DNA of 64,000 nucleotides. It comes from a virus (lineage: Duplodnaviria > Caudoviricetes). The translations under genes were made by a program, and so were the position numbers. Below are positions 50,528 through 60,033 of this stretch, one piece after another (within the stretch, counting starts at the first letter, position 1; each line of letters begins with the position of its first letter). The DNA lies in the IMG/VR virus record IMGVR_UViG_2576861453_000002. One strand, written 5' to 3'. The notes beneath the pieces were generated by a model that saw only the letters and a list, made by a program, of their open reading frames with translations, was not told the DNA's origin and did not search any database.

Positions 50528-50931
50528 GGCTTGGCCTCCACCGCTGCGCGCAGCCTTACGACCTCAGCCGTAAGCTGTTGATTGGATTCGGTAAGTGTGG
50601 TGACCTGCTTTGATAATGACTCGTTCTGTCGCTTCAGATAGTCCTGAGAGCTTTCGATTATCTGTAGCCTGGCCTGAGTCTCAGTGATAGTTTTCCAATA
50701 ATCCCGTATGACCTGTTCTTTCTGATCGATCTCTTCTTTCAGAAGGTTTATTTCACCCTGCATGCTCTCACGCACTTTTTCTTGCCACTCGAGCATGTTT
50801 ACCTGTTGACGGTCATTTGCGGATAGCGTTTTATTGATGCTTAGCTGTCGGCCAAATGCCATCAGGCCGACCGCGCCAGTAGCAATAGCTGTACCAAAGC
50901 CCGTCGCTATAGATGTCCAATCAAAGGTCAT
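50524..50931 (-). CDS. Lysis-cassette TM plus coiled-coil protein (holin/antiholin-like)
   Basis: N-terminal TM and long coiled coil; first gene of the cassette. Confidence 0.6.
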   Translation of the reverse strand: MTFDWTSIATGFGTAIATGAVGLMAFGRQLSINKTLSANDRQQVNMLEWQEKVRESMQGEINLLKEEIDQKEQVIRDYWKTITETQARLQIIESSQDYLKRQNESLSKQVTTLTESNQQLTAEVVRLRAAVEAKP

Positions 50932-51076
50932 AAAATCACCGGCTATTTTCCGGTTGTACCGGCGCATGTGTGAGAAAAGAAAATGCAGCCGCCTACCCTA
51001 GAGGAATGGCAGGGGAAATCATCGGCGCGCTGAAATAAAAAAGGCCCGCCGAAGCGAGCCTTTAAGTCTTATGAGA

Positions 51077-51487
51077 TTATGCAGCTTGTAGTTCTAGCCG
51101 CTTTCCGAGCGCCACCATAGCGCGCTGCACTGTATCTATTTTTGTTGAGTGATGCAGGTCAAACAGGCGTGTTACCTCCTGTTTTTTTACTCCCATGCGC
51201 GACGCCAGCTCAACCTGGGTTAAGCCGGAATCAACAAACGCATTAAGCAGCACCACTTTTGAAGCGACGCTAAGCGGGACGTCTACATAATCGCCAGTGA
51301 TGACGCCGGGCGGTGGGACTTTACGATTATCCTCAAAGTAAAAATCAAACGAGGTAACCAACCCATCGAGCCCCATCGCCAATGCTTCCTCTCGCGTATC
51401 GCCCTGGGTAAGCGCCTCCGGGATATCGGGGAACGAGACAAAAAATCCCCCCTCATCGCACGGCTCAATATTAACGGGATATCGCAT
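51077..51487 (-). CDS. hicB: HicB antitoxin
   Basis: VSFPDIPEALTQGDTREEA; C-terminal HTH. Confidence 0.95.
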   Translation of the reverse strand: MRYPVNIEPCDEGGFFVSFPDIPEALTQGDTREEALAMGLDGLVTSFDFYFEDNRKVPPPGVITGDYVDVPLSVASKVVLLNAFVDSGLTQVELASRMGVKKQEVTRLFDLHHSTKIDTVQRAMVALGKRLELQAA

Positions 51488-51535
51488 ATCGTCTTAGTGA
51501 ATCTCCGCGAGTACCAGCCCCGGAGGGCTGGTTTT

Positions 51536-51712
51536 TTATTTCAGGCCAAGCTGCTTAAGTATGGCCTTTCGCAGCGCTTCTTTTATCTCAGCTCCGGGAT
51601 GCCTCGGCATTACGCTTCGCTTCCCGCCTAGTTTGAGCTTCAAATGGTTTGTGCCGTTTGAAACCTCTACCCCCTGAGATTCAAGCCACCGCCTGAACTC
51701 GCTTTGCTTCAC
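51536..51712 (-). CDS. hicA: HicA toxin (58 aa, missed by the ORF track)
   Basis: GTG start; MKQSEFRRWLESQGVEVSNGTNHLKLKLGGKRSVMPRHPGAEIKEALRKAILKQLGLK. Confidence 0.95.
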   Translation of the reverse strand: MKQSEFRRWLESQGVEVSNGTNHLKLKLGGKRSVMPRHPGAEIKEALRKAILKQLGLK

Positions 51713-51802
51713 TACTCCTCCTGTCTGTTGAACATGGGACTATAGTAAACAATATTGCTTACCATGTCAACATTTTTGTTTACTACATTTCAGGAGGTTT
51801 AT

Positions 51803-51900
51803 AAAAAAGCCCCGGCGTTTTGCCGAGGCTGAATTAACTGGTAAGGCTGCTGACGTAGTCGTCACTCTTATCAGAATATCTTAAATTTTACGATCGTAAA
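51803..51900 (-). promoter_or_regulatory. Late promoter pR'/qut with tR'
   Basis: Palindrome TTTACGATCGTAAA at 51887..51900, then hairpin plus U-run; conserved at 9901..10003. Confidence 0.65.
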
Positions 51901-51906
51901 TAGTTT

Positions 51907-52641
51907 TTATGCGGCAATATCATTTAACCCCAGCATTTTTGATAGTTTCGTCAGCCCTTTCGGGGTCACCAATACTTGCTCCACAACTTTTTCACTACCA
52001 TCGGATCGTTCAACGGTTGTTATCTTATGTTCCAGCACGCCTGACTGAATACGATGCTGATAAGCAAGCCATACTTTTCCACCAGTACGGCGATAGATCC
52101 AATGATTTGCATACATTAGTTTGAACAGAAATTTCGGCTGCACCTGTAGGTGTTTTGCCGCATTAGTGATGCACATACTACCCTCTGCTTTCGCAATGCG
52201 ATCCAGCGCTTCAACATCTGGTTTCATTTCTTCGACTTTGTGTTCGAGCGCAATTACCTTCTCACTGTAAGTGAGCAATGTGCCACGCAGGAACTCCGCG
52301 TCGTTAAGAGCGGCCATAGGGTCGAAAGCTGGCGAGGCAATCAGTTTTTCCAGTTCCTGCCAGCGGTCGACCAGCTTGGCGGTGAACTCAGGGGAAAGCT
52401 GGGCCACGACAACAATACTGTCACGCTTACCCTGCTCGCCTTCAAACACGTACAGTTTTGACACCACCCCGTTCGCTGACTTTTCCCCATCCTCCATTGG
52501 AGGTTGGGATATCACGCCCGATGCAACCAATCTTTCTATTGCTCTCTTAACATTGTCATGCCTGCTTCCAACCAGCTCGGCAATTTCCAGGCTGGACATA
52601 GTGACAACGTCGTTCTGTACTGCTAAATTGTCTTTAAGCAT
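51907..52641 (-). CDS. Antirepressor (Rha-like N-domain plus KilAC/ANT)
   Basis: MSSLEIAELVGSRHDNVKR, QLSPEFTA.LVDRW, ITNAAK.L, QVLVTPKGL. Confidence 0.9.
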   Translation of the reverse strand: MLKDNLAVQNDVVTMSSLEIAELVGSRHDNVKRAIERLVASGVISQPPMEDGEKSANGVVSKLYVFEGEQGKRDSIVVVAQLSPEFTAKLVDRWQELEKLIASPAFDPMAALNDAEFLRGTLLTYSEKVIALEHKVEEMKPDVEALDRIAKAEGSMCITNAAKHLQVQPKFLFKLMYANHWIYRRTGGKVWLAYQHRIQSGVLEHKITTVERSDGSEKVVEQVLVTPKGLTKLSKMLGLNDIAA

Positions 52642-52718
52642 TGATTGAACCTTTCCGTTAGTTGATGTCGACCGCCAGCGGCCACTGGCGGTTTTTCTTT
52701 GCGCCATCCCTTGCGACT

Positions 52719-53267
52719 TCAGTGGAGCTTCCTTAATTTCTTCTGGTTAACTGGTACGTGAGTGAAAGCGTTTGGGCGATAACCAAGGTCGTTTGCTAAA
52801 CCGAAAGCCACTTGCCGCATATCCTGTGCCTGCCCCAAAATCTCGAACCTTTCACCGGTCATGTCATCGCGTATCTCTAGACGAGCTTTGTATCGATAGA
52901 AGGGGGTTAGATCCGGCTGCTTCTCAACTTCCCGATCTAATATATCTAGCACCCAGCGGCGGAATTGTTTCGCAACCGGTGTCTCGGCAAACATAGCGAT
53001 CAGGTGAGCGCCACGAATTGAGAACACACGGACCTTTTTCTTACGTAAGCTATTGTTTATTCCATTGGTTGTCATATTGATAACCATTGACATAGCCGGC
53101 GTGAACTCGTCCTGGTTGCGGTTGAACAGGATGCTGACGGCTTTGGTATCAGCATATCCGAGGGCAATCGCCAATTCGGTAGACGTCAACCACATAGAAC
53201 CGCCATCAATTACCGGGTGGAACGTGGTCCGCTGGAACTTCAATTCGTAACTTGCTATATTGTTCAT
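52719..53267 (-). CDS. BRO-N domain protein
   Basis: WLT..ELAIALGY, RNQDEF, RVFSIRGAHLIAMF, AKQFRRWVLD. Confidence 0.9.
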   Translation of the reverse strand: MNNIASYELKFQRTTFHPVIDGGSMWLTSTELAIALGYADTKAVSILFNRNQDEFTPAMSMVINMTTNGINNSLRKKKVRVFSIRGAHLIAMFAETPVAKQFRRWVLDILDREVEKQPDLTPFYRYKARLEIRDDMTGERFEILGQAQDMRQVAFGLANDLGYRPNAFTHVPVNQKKLRKLH

Positions 53268-53295
53268 GTCGATATCTCTAGCGGGATTAGACAAA

Positions 53296-53928
53296 TCAGA
53301 GGCCCTGACTATCGCTAATAGTTGGGGCTTCGCTCTTGTAATCATCTACTTCTTTTAATCCGGAAAATCTTTTATATTTTGTTTGACCATTACTTTTAAG
53401 GTGTCTTTTGTATACATTCGATGGAATCCCGAGATCTTTTTCTGGCCATCCTGCCGAGATTCTTTGTTCTAGCGTTCCTGGATTGACCTCTAACTGCTGC
53501 GCCCATTCATATATCGTTTTTATTTCACCGCCAATCTCATAGAATACGCGACCGAAACGTACACTTTCTCCTCCTCCGTATCGTTTAAACCCCATTCGTT
53601 GCCGCTTTCGATCAATCATGTCATTGGCATTGTCCTTTGCGTTCCCAAGATAAAGATGCATTGGATTACAACATGCAGGGTTGTCACATTTATGCAGAAC
53701 CCACCACTTAGGTGCATATTGTGGGATAAAGCCATTTGCAATTTCATAAGCAAGACGATGTGAAGCCCAAGTGCGCCCCTCAAATGAGAACTGCCCGTAC
53801 CCGCAATAATTTAGTGCGCCCTTCCACTCCATACACCCATCGGCATTAGGTTTACTTAGAAGCTTTTCGAATTTGAGCTTCATCAGCCTGAGGTCTTGAA
53901 TATCCTCTATTGATTTTCTTACCCTCAT
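53296..53928 (-). CDS. HNH homing endonuclease
   Basis: CMEW, YGQF, SHRLAY, HKCDNPACCNPMHL.LG...DN. Confidence 0.9.
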   Translation of the reverse strand: MRVRKSIEDIQDLRLMKLKFEKLLSKPNADGCMEWKGALNYCGYGQFSFEGRTWASHRLAYEIANGFIPQYAPKWWVLHKCDNPACCNPMHLYLGNAKDNANDMIDRKRQRMGFKRYGGGESVRFGRVFYEIGGEIKTIYEWAQQLEVNPGTLEQRISAGWPEKDLGIPSNVYKRHLKSNGQTKYKRFSGLKEVDDYKSEAPTISDSQGL

Positions 53929-54022
53929 TTCATCACCATTAGTATTTAAGTGTCATGAAGTATCATGTATAGTGAATCTTATGGCTCAAAACTAACCATG
54001 TCAATACACTTCAATACTAAAT

Positions 54023-54418
54023 ATGACTAAGCATGATGATTTGGCATCTCGATTGATTGAGCGACGCGCACAACTAGGTTGGTCGCAAGAGCAGCTATCG
54101 AAAGAAACTGGTGTGGCCGCCGCCCAGATATCTCGCTACGAAGCACGGATCAACAAGCCGCGAGCAAATGTGATCGCAAAATTGGCCAAAGGATTATTGG
54201 TTCCTTTCGCATGGCTAGCCAATGGAGATACATCAGAGTTTCGCATTGATGATGCACCTAAGGGGTTCATAGACCTAATGCTTAACATACCTGACGATAT
54301 TGCAGAGGATATGTCTAGGGCGGCTGCAACATATGGCATCAGTGAGGACGAATACATACTTAAGGCGCTTGAGGAATCGATTAAAGAAGACCTCATGAAA
54401 AACAAAAAGCCCACCTGA
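54023..54418 (+). CDS. XRE HTH regulator with an Arc-like C-terminal domain
   Basis: RAQLGWSQEQL..ISRYE; C-terminal MLNIPDDI..AA..GIS.DEYI..ALEE. Confidence 0.85.
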   Translation: MTKHDDLASRLIERRAQLGWSQEQLSKETGVAAAQISRYEARINKPRANVIAKLAKGLLVPFAWLANGDTSEFRIDDAPKGFIDLMLNIPDDIAEDMSRAAATYGISEDEYILKALEESIKEDLMKNKKPT

Positions 54419-54425
54419 TGGTGGG

Positions 54426-54815
54426 TTACGCCGCCACCTCGCGCGTGACGTACTTGTCCATATCAAGTTTTATTTCCATTGCCATCAAGAAACCGTCCAC
54501 CACGCCTTCCGCGTTCTGAAGTTTTTTCCCTATATGCGTATCAGAGCAATGATGCTCCGTGGCAAGCGTCATAAATGTCTTACCAAAAACGTAGTAGTCG
54601 AATAGGAGGTCGTGTGTCGCGGGTTGTTTGCTGCGAAGTCCCGCCATGATTCCAGATATGACTAGGCCATCATCATCTGTGCATTGTGTGCGCGACTTAA
54701 TTTTAGATGGTATAAGGCCCATAAACCCGGCAGCTATGGGGGGCCAGTAAACATCCTCATGATTGTTGGCTGCCCAAGCGCCCCAACGTTCTAATACCTG
54801 CTGAATGTCTCTCAT
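54426..54815 (-). CDS. Q: Late antiterminator Q
   Basis: [33 protein letters not shown]. Confidence 0.92.
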   Translation of the reverse strand: MRDIQQVLERWGAWAANNHEDVYWPPIAAGFMGLIPSKIKSRTQCTDDDGLVISGIMAGLRSKQPATHDLLFDYYVFGKTFMTLATEHHCSDTHIGKKLQNAEGVVDGFLMAMEIKLDMDKYVTREVAA

Positions 54816-55408
54816 GCTGCATCCTCCCGGCTCGTCTTAAGCGCTTTAAGCTTGGCCCTGTATAGGGCCCTAATTCGCTCATAATCCTCGCGGCGATATC
54901 TGACCGCATCATGTGGCCCCATGAGTCTGTCAAAACGCTCCAGACCGATTTTGGCTATTAGATTTGGCGTGTAGCTGGCTATGTTGCCTGAAAGATGGTT
55001 ATTACAGACTGAACACTGCCTGTGACAATTGTCTTCATTGAACCTGAGTTCAGGATTTGCGCCCGTGGAACGATAATGGCCGGCATGATATTGCCCATCG
55101 TGATATCGGTCGCAGCTGATACACGGCAACCCAGCGTCACGCTCCCGGATGTAGGTGTTAAAATCAGCTTGCGCCAGCTTTGCGAAATAGCTAAGAGGCT
55201 TAACGGAAAGCTTTCGTACTTTCAGCTTATCCCGTCTTGCCGCTTCTTCCTGCTTCCGCTTTTTTTCTAATACGGCGATAGCTTTTTGCGTTTCCTTCTT
55301 CCGACGCTTTATGGCAAGCTTCGCGCCGCATTCTGGGCTACACCACTGGATATTCTGATAGGCTGGAATAAACCATATTCCGCATTCTTTGCACTTACGC
55401 CTTGCCAT
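54812..55408 (-). CDS. ninG: NinG/Rap endonuclease
   Basis: [34 protein letters not shown]. Confidence 0.93.
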   Translation of the reverse strand: MARRKCKECGIWFIPAYQNIQWCSPECGAKLAIKRRKKETQKAIAVLEKKRKQEEAARRDKLKVRKLSVKPLSYFAKLAQADFNTYIRERDAGLPCISCDRYHDGQYHAGHYRSTGANPELRFNEDNCHRQCSVCNNHLSGNIASYTPNLIAKIGLERFDRLMGPHDAVRYRREDYERIRALYRAKLKALKTSREDAA

Positions 55409-55574
55409 ATACCCTCCTGCTGCGCACGCGGTCCCATCGCGCACGAAGTGGCGATATGAGAGCGTCGTATGTGATGATTTCAGTTGCCGGAATGTGTTTC
55501 TGTTTGCGGGGTTTGCTGTGGATGTAGATGAGCTTATCTTCGAGTTTTTGCCATGCTGAGCGCCTTCGGCTCAT
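55395..55574 (-). CDS. nin-region small protein
   Basis: Coupled small basic ORF. Confidence 0.55.
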   Translation of the reverse strand: MSRRRSAWQKLEDKLIYIHSKPRKQKHIPATEIITYDALISPLRARWDRVRSRRVYGKA

Positions 55575-55906
55575 AGCCTCGCCCTCGCCTCTCGCTGACG
55601 CTGGTCGAACCAATAAACTTTGCTGTGTCGGCAGTACTCTTCGACGATATCAGGCACGCATTTACCGTTAAGCTCATCAAATACCGCCGCCCGGCTGGCG
55701 CTGATGTGATAGTGAACAAACTTCTTCGGGTCGCGAGTGCGGAATATCTTCTTATCAGCAAGCAGCTCAGGCATAACTCTACTAATGTTCGTCTCATCAG
55801 TTTGCAAAGCTGCTGCTATCTCAAATCTGTTTGTCGCATCGTGATCGCGTACATAATCAACAATGAGCTGTTTTAGTGTTGAGCGTTTTCTCAGTAGTCT
55901 TGTCAT
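55571..55906 (-). CDS. nin-region winged-HTH-like protein
   Basis: IVDYV..T..EIAAAL..ISR. Confidence 0.65.
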   Translation of the reverse strand: MTRLLRKRSTLKQLIVDYVRDHDATNRFEIAAALQTDETNISRVMPELLADKKIFRTRDPKKFVHYHISASRAAVFDELNGKCVPDIVEEYCRHSKVYWFDQRQREARARL

Positions 55907-55915
55907 ACGGTAGCC

Positions 55916-56365
55916 TCAAAAATATGAGTAAAGCTGGTTGATGATGTTTTGGTTTTTGGTGCCGCCAAATATTCGCTTAATGGCTGCGTTTATCAGCGCT
56001 GAGTAACACTGCTCAAATTCGTCCTGCTCCATGTTCCCGTACGCGAGGCTTTTCGCTTCCGTCCTAATGGAGCCGTCAAGCCGTACCGTCTGTTCGTAGT
56101 AACCTGCCAATATTGTCAGGTCTTTGCGAAAGCGGTCGAATTGAGCGGACTCGTCCATAAATTTCAGGTCGGTTTTATCAGCGGCCCAGTGGTCAAAGCA
56201 GAATTTAAAGAAAGCGAAAACTTTTCTATGAAATTGGGGGTTGCGGCTTAATTTTGCTTCGAGGGTGTACAGCTCTCCGTTTCTAAACTTTGCCAGCCTT
56301 GGCAGGTCCATATCGAACGCCGGGACAAAGACGCCGCCGGCGCTCTTTATCATTTCGATTTGCAC
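55916..56365 (-). CDS. DUF1367-like protein
   Basis: RNPQFHRKVFAFF.FCF..W, QFD.FRK.LTILAG, AKSL.Y..M. Confidence 0.85.
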   Translation of the reverse strand: MQIEMIKSAGGVFVPAFDMDLPRLAKFRNGELYTLEAKLSRNPQFHRKVFAFFKFCFDHWAADKTDLKFMDESAQFDRFRKDLTILAGYYEQTVRLDGSIRTEAKSLAYGNMEQDEFEQCYSALINAAIKRIFGGTKNQNIINQLYSYF

Positions 56366-56380
56366 GGCTCACCTCTCTTT

Positions 56381-56668
56381 CTAGCCATCTTTAACGGATA
56401 TGCCTTCCGACTTAACAGCGTTTTCGCAGCGCTCCAGACAGTCATTCCAAATATCACTTTGTAGTGTTCCTGCGCATTCATAATTCGGAAATTCAAACAC
56501 CAGCGCCGCACGGCTGGCCTGCCATGCCGCTTGCCAGGCTTCCCATTGATTTTGAGCTGTAAGGAAGAGATATTTATTCCCTCTTTTCTCAACCGCTCGT
56601 GGGTACTGACCTTTGTCTGATGCCCAATATTCAAACCGCTGGCGCTCAATTTCATCTTTGTCGCTCAT
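56381..56668 (-). CDS. nin-region hypothetical protein
   Basis: FE.W..WQASRAA; similar to 57020..57280. Confidence 0.7.
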   Translation of the reverse strand: MSDKDEIERQRFEYWASDKGQYPRAVEKRGNKYLFLTAQNQWEAWQAAWQASRAALVFEFPNYECAGTLQSDIWNDCLERCENAVKSEGISVKDG

Positions 56669-56759
56669 TCTTCCTCTCCCCGCTTCATCGCTTGCGCGGC
56701 ACAAACAAAAAGGGCCGCTATTACAAGCAGCCCCACGATTAACTCTGTTAGATATGTGA

Positions 56760-57023
56760 TCATCGCTCCTCCTTGCGATATATCAGGATTATCAAATCGC
56801 CTTTTTCCGCGAAACGTAAATATCCGCCCTCTGTTATCTTGTCCAACTCAAAGGCTTCATAAAACTCGTCCACAGCTTTCTGACGGCGCGACGATTTCCG
56901 GCGCTTGCTCCATTGCCTGAGAAATATGCCCGTGAGCCACCCTCCGGCTCGGACAGTGATATACAGATATCCGACAATCATCAGGCCAATCGTCATCCAT
57001 TCGCTAACGCTGATTTCTTTCAT
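56760..57023 (-). CDS. Small membrane protein (DUF4752-like)
   Basis: One TM segment; RRQKAVDEFYEAF. Confidence 0.7.
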   Translation of the reverse strand: MKEISVSEWMTIGLMIVGYLYITVRAGGWLTGIFLRQWSKRRKSSRRQKAVDEFYEAFELDKITEGGYLRFAEKGDLIILIYRKEER

Positions 57024-57280
57024 GATCCATCCTTCACTTTCAGGCCTGCGGCGCGAATGACTTTGCCGGCAGCGTTGATTCCAGCGTTATACCCCTCATC
57101 CCACTCTGTATCATTTTCTCCATTGCCAAGCAGATATCCGGTATCAATTTCAATAGCGGCGCGGGATGCCTGCCATGCTATCCAAAGAGCTTCGGTTACA
57201 TCATGGTCAGGAGCATCCTTCACACTCCAGCCAGTCTCATCCCTGTACCATTCCTCAAAAACAATCCGGCTGTTCTTCAT
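57020..57280 (-). CDS. nin-region hypothetical protein
   Basis: FEEW..WQASRAAIEI..IRAAGLKVK. Confidence 0.7.
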   Translation of the reverse strand: MKNSRIVFEEWYRDETGWSVKDAPDHDVTEALWIAWQASRAAIEIDTGYLLGNGENDTEWDEGYNAGINAAGKVIRAAGLKVKDGS

Positions 57281-57477
57281 CCTTCCCCCTGTGTCTCGAT
57301 AATGTCCTGCAAAATGTCGTGTGCCTCAGCAACCCTTTCGGCAATGACATCACGCATCATCCTGCCGTTCTCGTTCTCGACGGGGATAAGCTCAAGATTG
57401 TCAGCCATGCCGGCCAGTAAATCCCGAGCTTCTTCAATCGGGCCCGTCGGCTTGTGAAGTAGAATTACGTCACCCAT
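57277..57477 (-). CDS. Small hypothetical protein
   Basis: Coupled to the DnaC-like gene. Confidence 0.6.
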   Translation of the reverse strand: MGDVILLHKPTGPIEEARDLLAGMADNLELIPVENENGRMMRDVIAERVAEAHDILQDIIETQGEG

Positions 57478-58328
57478 TAGGCAGCACTCCGCGATCGGTA
57501 ACTATCCCAGGTAAACGCGAGTGTGCAGCCGCCGCCATCGTTCATGCGGTCGATTACGCGCTCACCGATGAAGGCCGACAACTCATCTTTGGGCAAATTG
57601 CTGATTAATATCGTGGGCTTCATTTTCTCGTAGCGAGTATTGATAACCTCGAACAGGATCAGCTTTTCGGTATCGCTTCCAAATTGCACTCCAACTTCGT
57701 CAATGATGAGCAGTGCCGGGTCCGTGTAGGCATGAATAACGTCATACTCTGAGCGTTCCGAATTCTTTCCCCAGGTCGATTTAAACGCCCTGCCTAGCCT
57801 TAACGCGGTTGTGAATAGGGCGGCGCTCTGGTGGACGGTAATGACATGCTTGGCAATAGCAAGTGCAAGATGGTTTTTCCCCGTGCCAGGCTTCCCGCAC
57901 AAGACCAACCCGCCGCCCTGCTTCAAACGGTCTGGCCATTTCGATGCGTAGGCTTTGCAAAGCTTTAGACAGCGTGCGGCATCGTCGTTGACGGGCTCGT
58001 AATTATCCAGCGTCACGTCTGCAAAACGCTCGGGCAGGTTCAACTCTCCCATGAGCCTGTTTATCTCGTTGCGCTTACGCCTTTGGTCCGCTTCATCCGC
58101 ATCCTGCTGCAACTTCACGAGCTTTTCGCGCAAGCACGCAGGACACTCGCTTTTTGTTTCCATAACTTTGCTAAGCACCAACATTTTCCGGCACCGTTGA
58201 TTAAACGTTCCATGCTTATCACAGACAGCCTGTACCTCCTCATAAACCGTGTTTTCAATAGGCTTGGGTGGCGCGCTAATGTCTGCCAGTTTCTGCTTAA
58301 TGGCCTCGATATTTTCTCGGTAGTCCAT
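57477..58328 (-). CDS. DnaC/IstB-like helicase loader ATPase
   Basis: GKPGTGKNHLA, LLIIDEVG, RVIDRM. Confidence 0.93.
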   Translation of the reverse strand: MDYRENIEAIKQKLADISAPPKPIENTVYEEVQAVCDKHGTFNQRCRKMLVLSKVMETKSECPACLREKLVKLQQDADEADQRRKRNEINRLMGELNLPERFADVTLDNYEPVNDDAARCLKLCKAYASKWPDRLKQGGGLVLCGKPGTGKNHLALAIAKHVITVHQSAALFTTALRLGRAFKSTWGKNSERSEYDVIHAYTDPALLIIDEVGVQFGSDTEKLILFEVINTRYEKMKPTILISNLPKDELSAFIGERVIDRMNDGGGCTLAFTWDSYRSRSAA

Positions 58329-58331
58329 AGA

Positions 58332-59210
58332 TTACTCCCTGGCCCAACTGGGCATTTGAGTAGAGCCGTAGTCTTTGGCGTTGAAATTCTCGGTCATGGT
58401 GCGATGTTGCACGGGCTTTGCGGCTTGTTTGGGCTCAAACAGCCCTGTCCAGCCGTTTGCAATACTCTGGTTTATTACGTCCTCCGGCGTTGCACCTTTG
58501 CTTCGGCTCCGGTCCAGCACGTTAATTGCCTGTGTAACCGTCTGCTGGGACTTGATGGCCTTTTTGATGTCTTTCCGATAGCAAACCCATGATTGCCATG
58601 TCTGCCGCGATAGCCACTCAGGTAGCGTCACCTGCATCGGATCGAATTTGCTTGATGGCTGTTTTTTCTCAGCCTCTGAATTTATAGCCTGGGGGATTAT
58701 AGGGGGATTAATATTGTCTTTATTGTCTTTTGTATGTTTGTCTTTTGTGTTTAACGGATTCCGTAAAGGGTCGATTACAGATTCCGTAAAACTTTTCTTT
58801 ACGGATTGCGTAAAGGTTGACGGATTACGTAAAGGTTTACAGATTCCGTTAATCTTCGTCAGCCAGCCTGATATTTCCTTGTTAACGCCCGTTTGCCTAC
58901 CTTCTGCCCGAATGACATTAAGCTTGATCAATTCATTTCTGGTCGTGCTACAACGCGTCTCAGGGATGCCTGTAAGCTCGGACAATTGGCTGTTGCTTAT
59001 CCAGTCTGATTTCCTGTTGTACCCGTACGTTTTACGAATGACTGCCAAAGCAATAAGTAACTGGTTCTGGGTCAAGCCAGATAGCATTACCGCTTCAAGA
59101 AGCTCGTTAGCGATACGGGTGTACCCATCATCGGTATCGACCACGCGGCGCTCCACGGCCCGCAAGTCGGGCCTGATTGGGATGACTATGTTTTCTGCGA
59201 GGCTACCCAT
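58332..59210 (-). CDS. O: Replication initiator (lambda O-like)
   Basis: DDGYTRIANELLEA, RKTYGYN...DWI; internal iterons. Confidence 0.93.
   Translation of the reverse strand: MGSLAENIVIPIRPDLRAVERRVVDTDDGYTRIANELLEAVMLSGLTQNQLLIALAVIRKTYGYNRKSDWISNSQLSELTGIPETRCSTTRNELIKLNVIRAEGRQTGVNKEISGWLTKINGICKPLRNPSTFTQSVKKSFTESVIDPLRNPLNTKDKHTKDNKDNINPPIIPQAINSEAEKKQPSSKFDPMQVTLPEWLSRQTWQSWVCYRKDIKKAIKSQQTVTQAINVLDRSRSKGATPEDVINQSIANGWTGLFEPKQAAKPVQHRTMTENFNAKDYGSTQMPSWARE
58751..58852. repeat. Replication origin iterons (five)
   Basis: Five imperfect copies of TTTACGGATTCCGTAAA next to an AT-rich tract. Confidence 0.9.
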
Positions 59211-59224
59211 AGATACCCCCGACA

Positions 59225-59320
59225 CTGTTTACAAAAACAGTTGTTTGCATGTATAATTACCTCAGAAATCGATAGAAAATTGTTGTACTGAATCCCTGGT
59301 TGCCGCCGGGGATTTTTTCT
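59225..59320 (+). ncRNA. OOP-like antisense RNA with LexA-controlled promoter
   Basis: SOS box CTGTTTACAAAAACAG 59225..59240, TATAAT -10, terminator ATCCCTGG..CCGGGGATTTTTT overlapping the cII 3' end. Confidence 0.75.
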
Positions 59321-59558
59321 TTGTGAGCACCCTTGCAACCTGCTTAGCCAGCCGCGCTAAGTCCTCGTCCTCTACTCCGTAATTCAAAATGGCCAGAGCC
59401 ATGCTCATGGTTTCAAGCATCCCATTTTTCCATCGGCTGACCTGGGATTCATGAACCCCCATTGCTTCAGCAAACCGACGCTGGCCCATCACGGAAATCT
59501 TGTTCAGCAATGACGAGTGGATCCTCATTGCCGTCTTGCGTGTACTTGCAATATCCAT
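59262..59558 (-). CDS. cII: CII activator
   Basis: RIHSSLLNKI..GQ..AEAMGVHESQVSRWK..LA.QVA..LT.KK.PAAT. Confidence 0.93.
   Translation of the reverse strand: MDIASTRKTAMRIHSSLLNKISVMGQRRFAEAMGVHESQVSRWKNGMLETMSMALAILNYGVEDEDLARLAKQVARVLTKKKSPAATRDSVQQFSIDF
59536..59549 (+). promoter_or_regulatory. CII site of pRE
   Basis: TTGC-GTGTAC-TTGC with GATACT -10 downstream. Confidence 0.85.
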
Positions 59559-59702
59559 CTGTGATACTTCTCCTATCGAACTGAATCGATTGTTAAAATT
59601 ACGGGTTCTTTGTTTGTTCATCCGACTTTTAGCCGTCCTGGCTGATCCTCGGGGCCGCCGTATACCGGGCGTTCGGTTGAAGCGGTGGCGCCGAAGCGCC
59701 GG

Positions 59703-59918
59703 TTATGCTGCGTTCTGTTTAGGGGGGAAAACGTCGTCTAATTGGACGGTTGCCCCAAGATTATTTAATGCGTTAACCAGTTGGCGGCACGTACTTAAAT
59801 CAGGAGTTCGGCGACCAGATTCGTAATGGCCGATCGCTCCCTGCGTGCATCCAACCAGATCAGCAAGTACGGATTGAGAGACCGGAATTGCCTCCCGAAT
59901 CTTGCGTAAGTTGCTCAT
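59703..59918 (-). CDS. cro: Cro-like repressor
   Basis: HTH SQSVLADLVGCTQGAIGHYESGRRTP, divergent from cI. Confidence 0.9.
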   Translation of the reverse strand: MSNLRKIREAIPVSQSVLADLVGCTQGAIGHYESGRRTPDLSTCRQLVNALNNLGATVQLDDVFPPKQNAA

Positions 59919-59948
59919 ATGCGACTCCATGAATGGCTGGTAATTACG

Positions 59949-60026
59949 ATAATACATATTGTACTTAACAACTGCAAATGATTAATACGTTTTGTACGTT
60001 GCGAGTTTTAATACATTGCGTAATAT
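59949..60026. promoter_or_regulatory. OR operators with pR and pRM
   Basis: AATAC-N5-GTA sites at 59951, 59984 and 60010; pR TTGCAG-17-TATTAT on the minus strand. Confidence 0.85.
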
Positions 60027-60033
60027 TTTGGGC

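Noticed and set aside
58751-58852. Short repeat array as CRISPR
   Set aside because: Spacers are only a few bp and the array lies inside O; these are iterons, and there are no cas genes.
18018-59256. Long antisense ORFs (e.g. 18018..18569, 41829..42347, 58083..58592, 58648..59256)
   Set aside because: Shadows of well-supported minus-strand genes.
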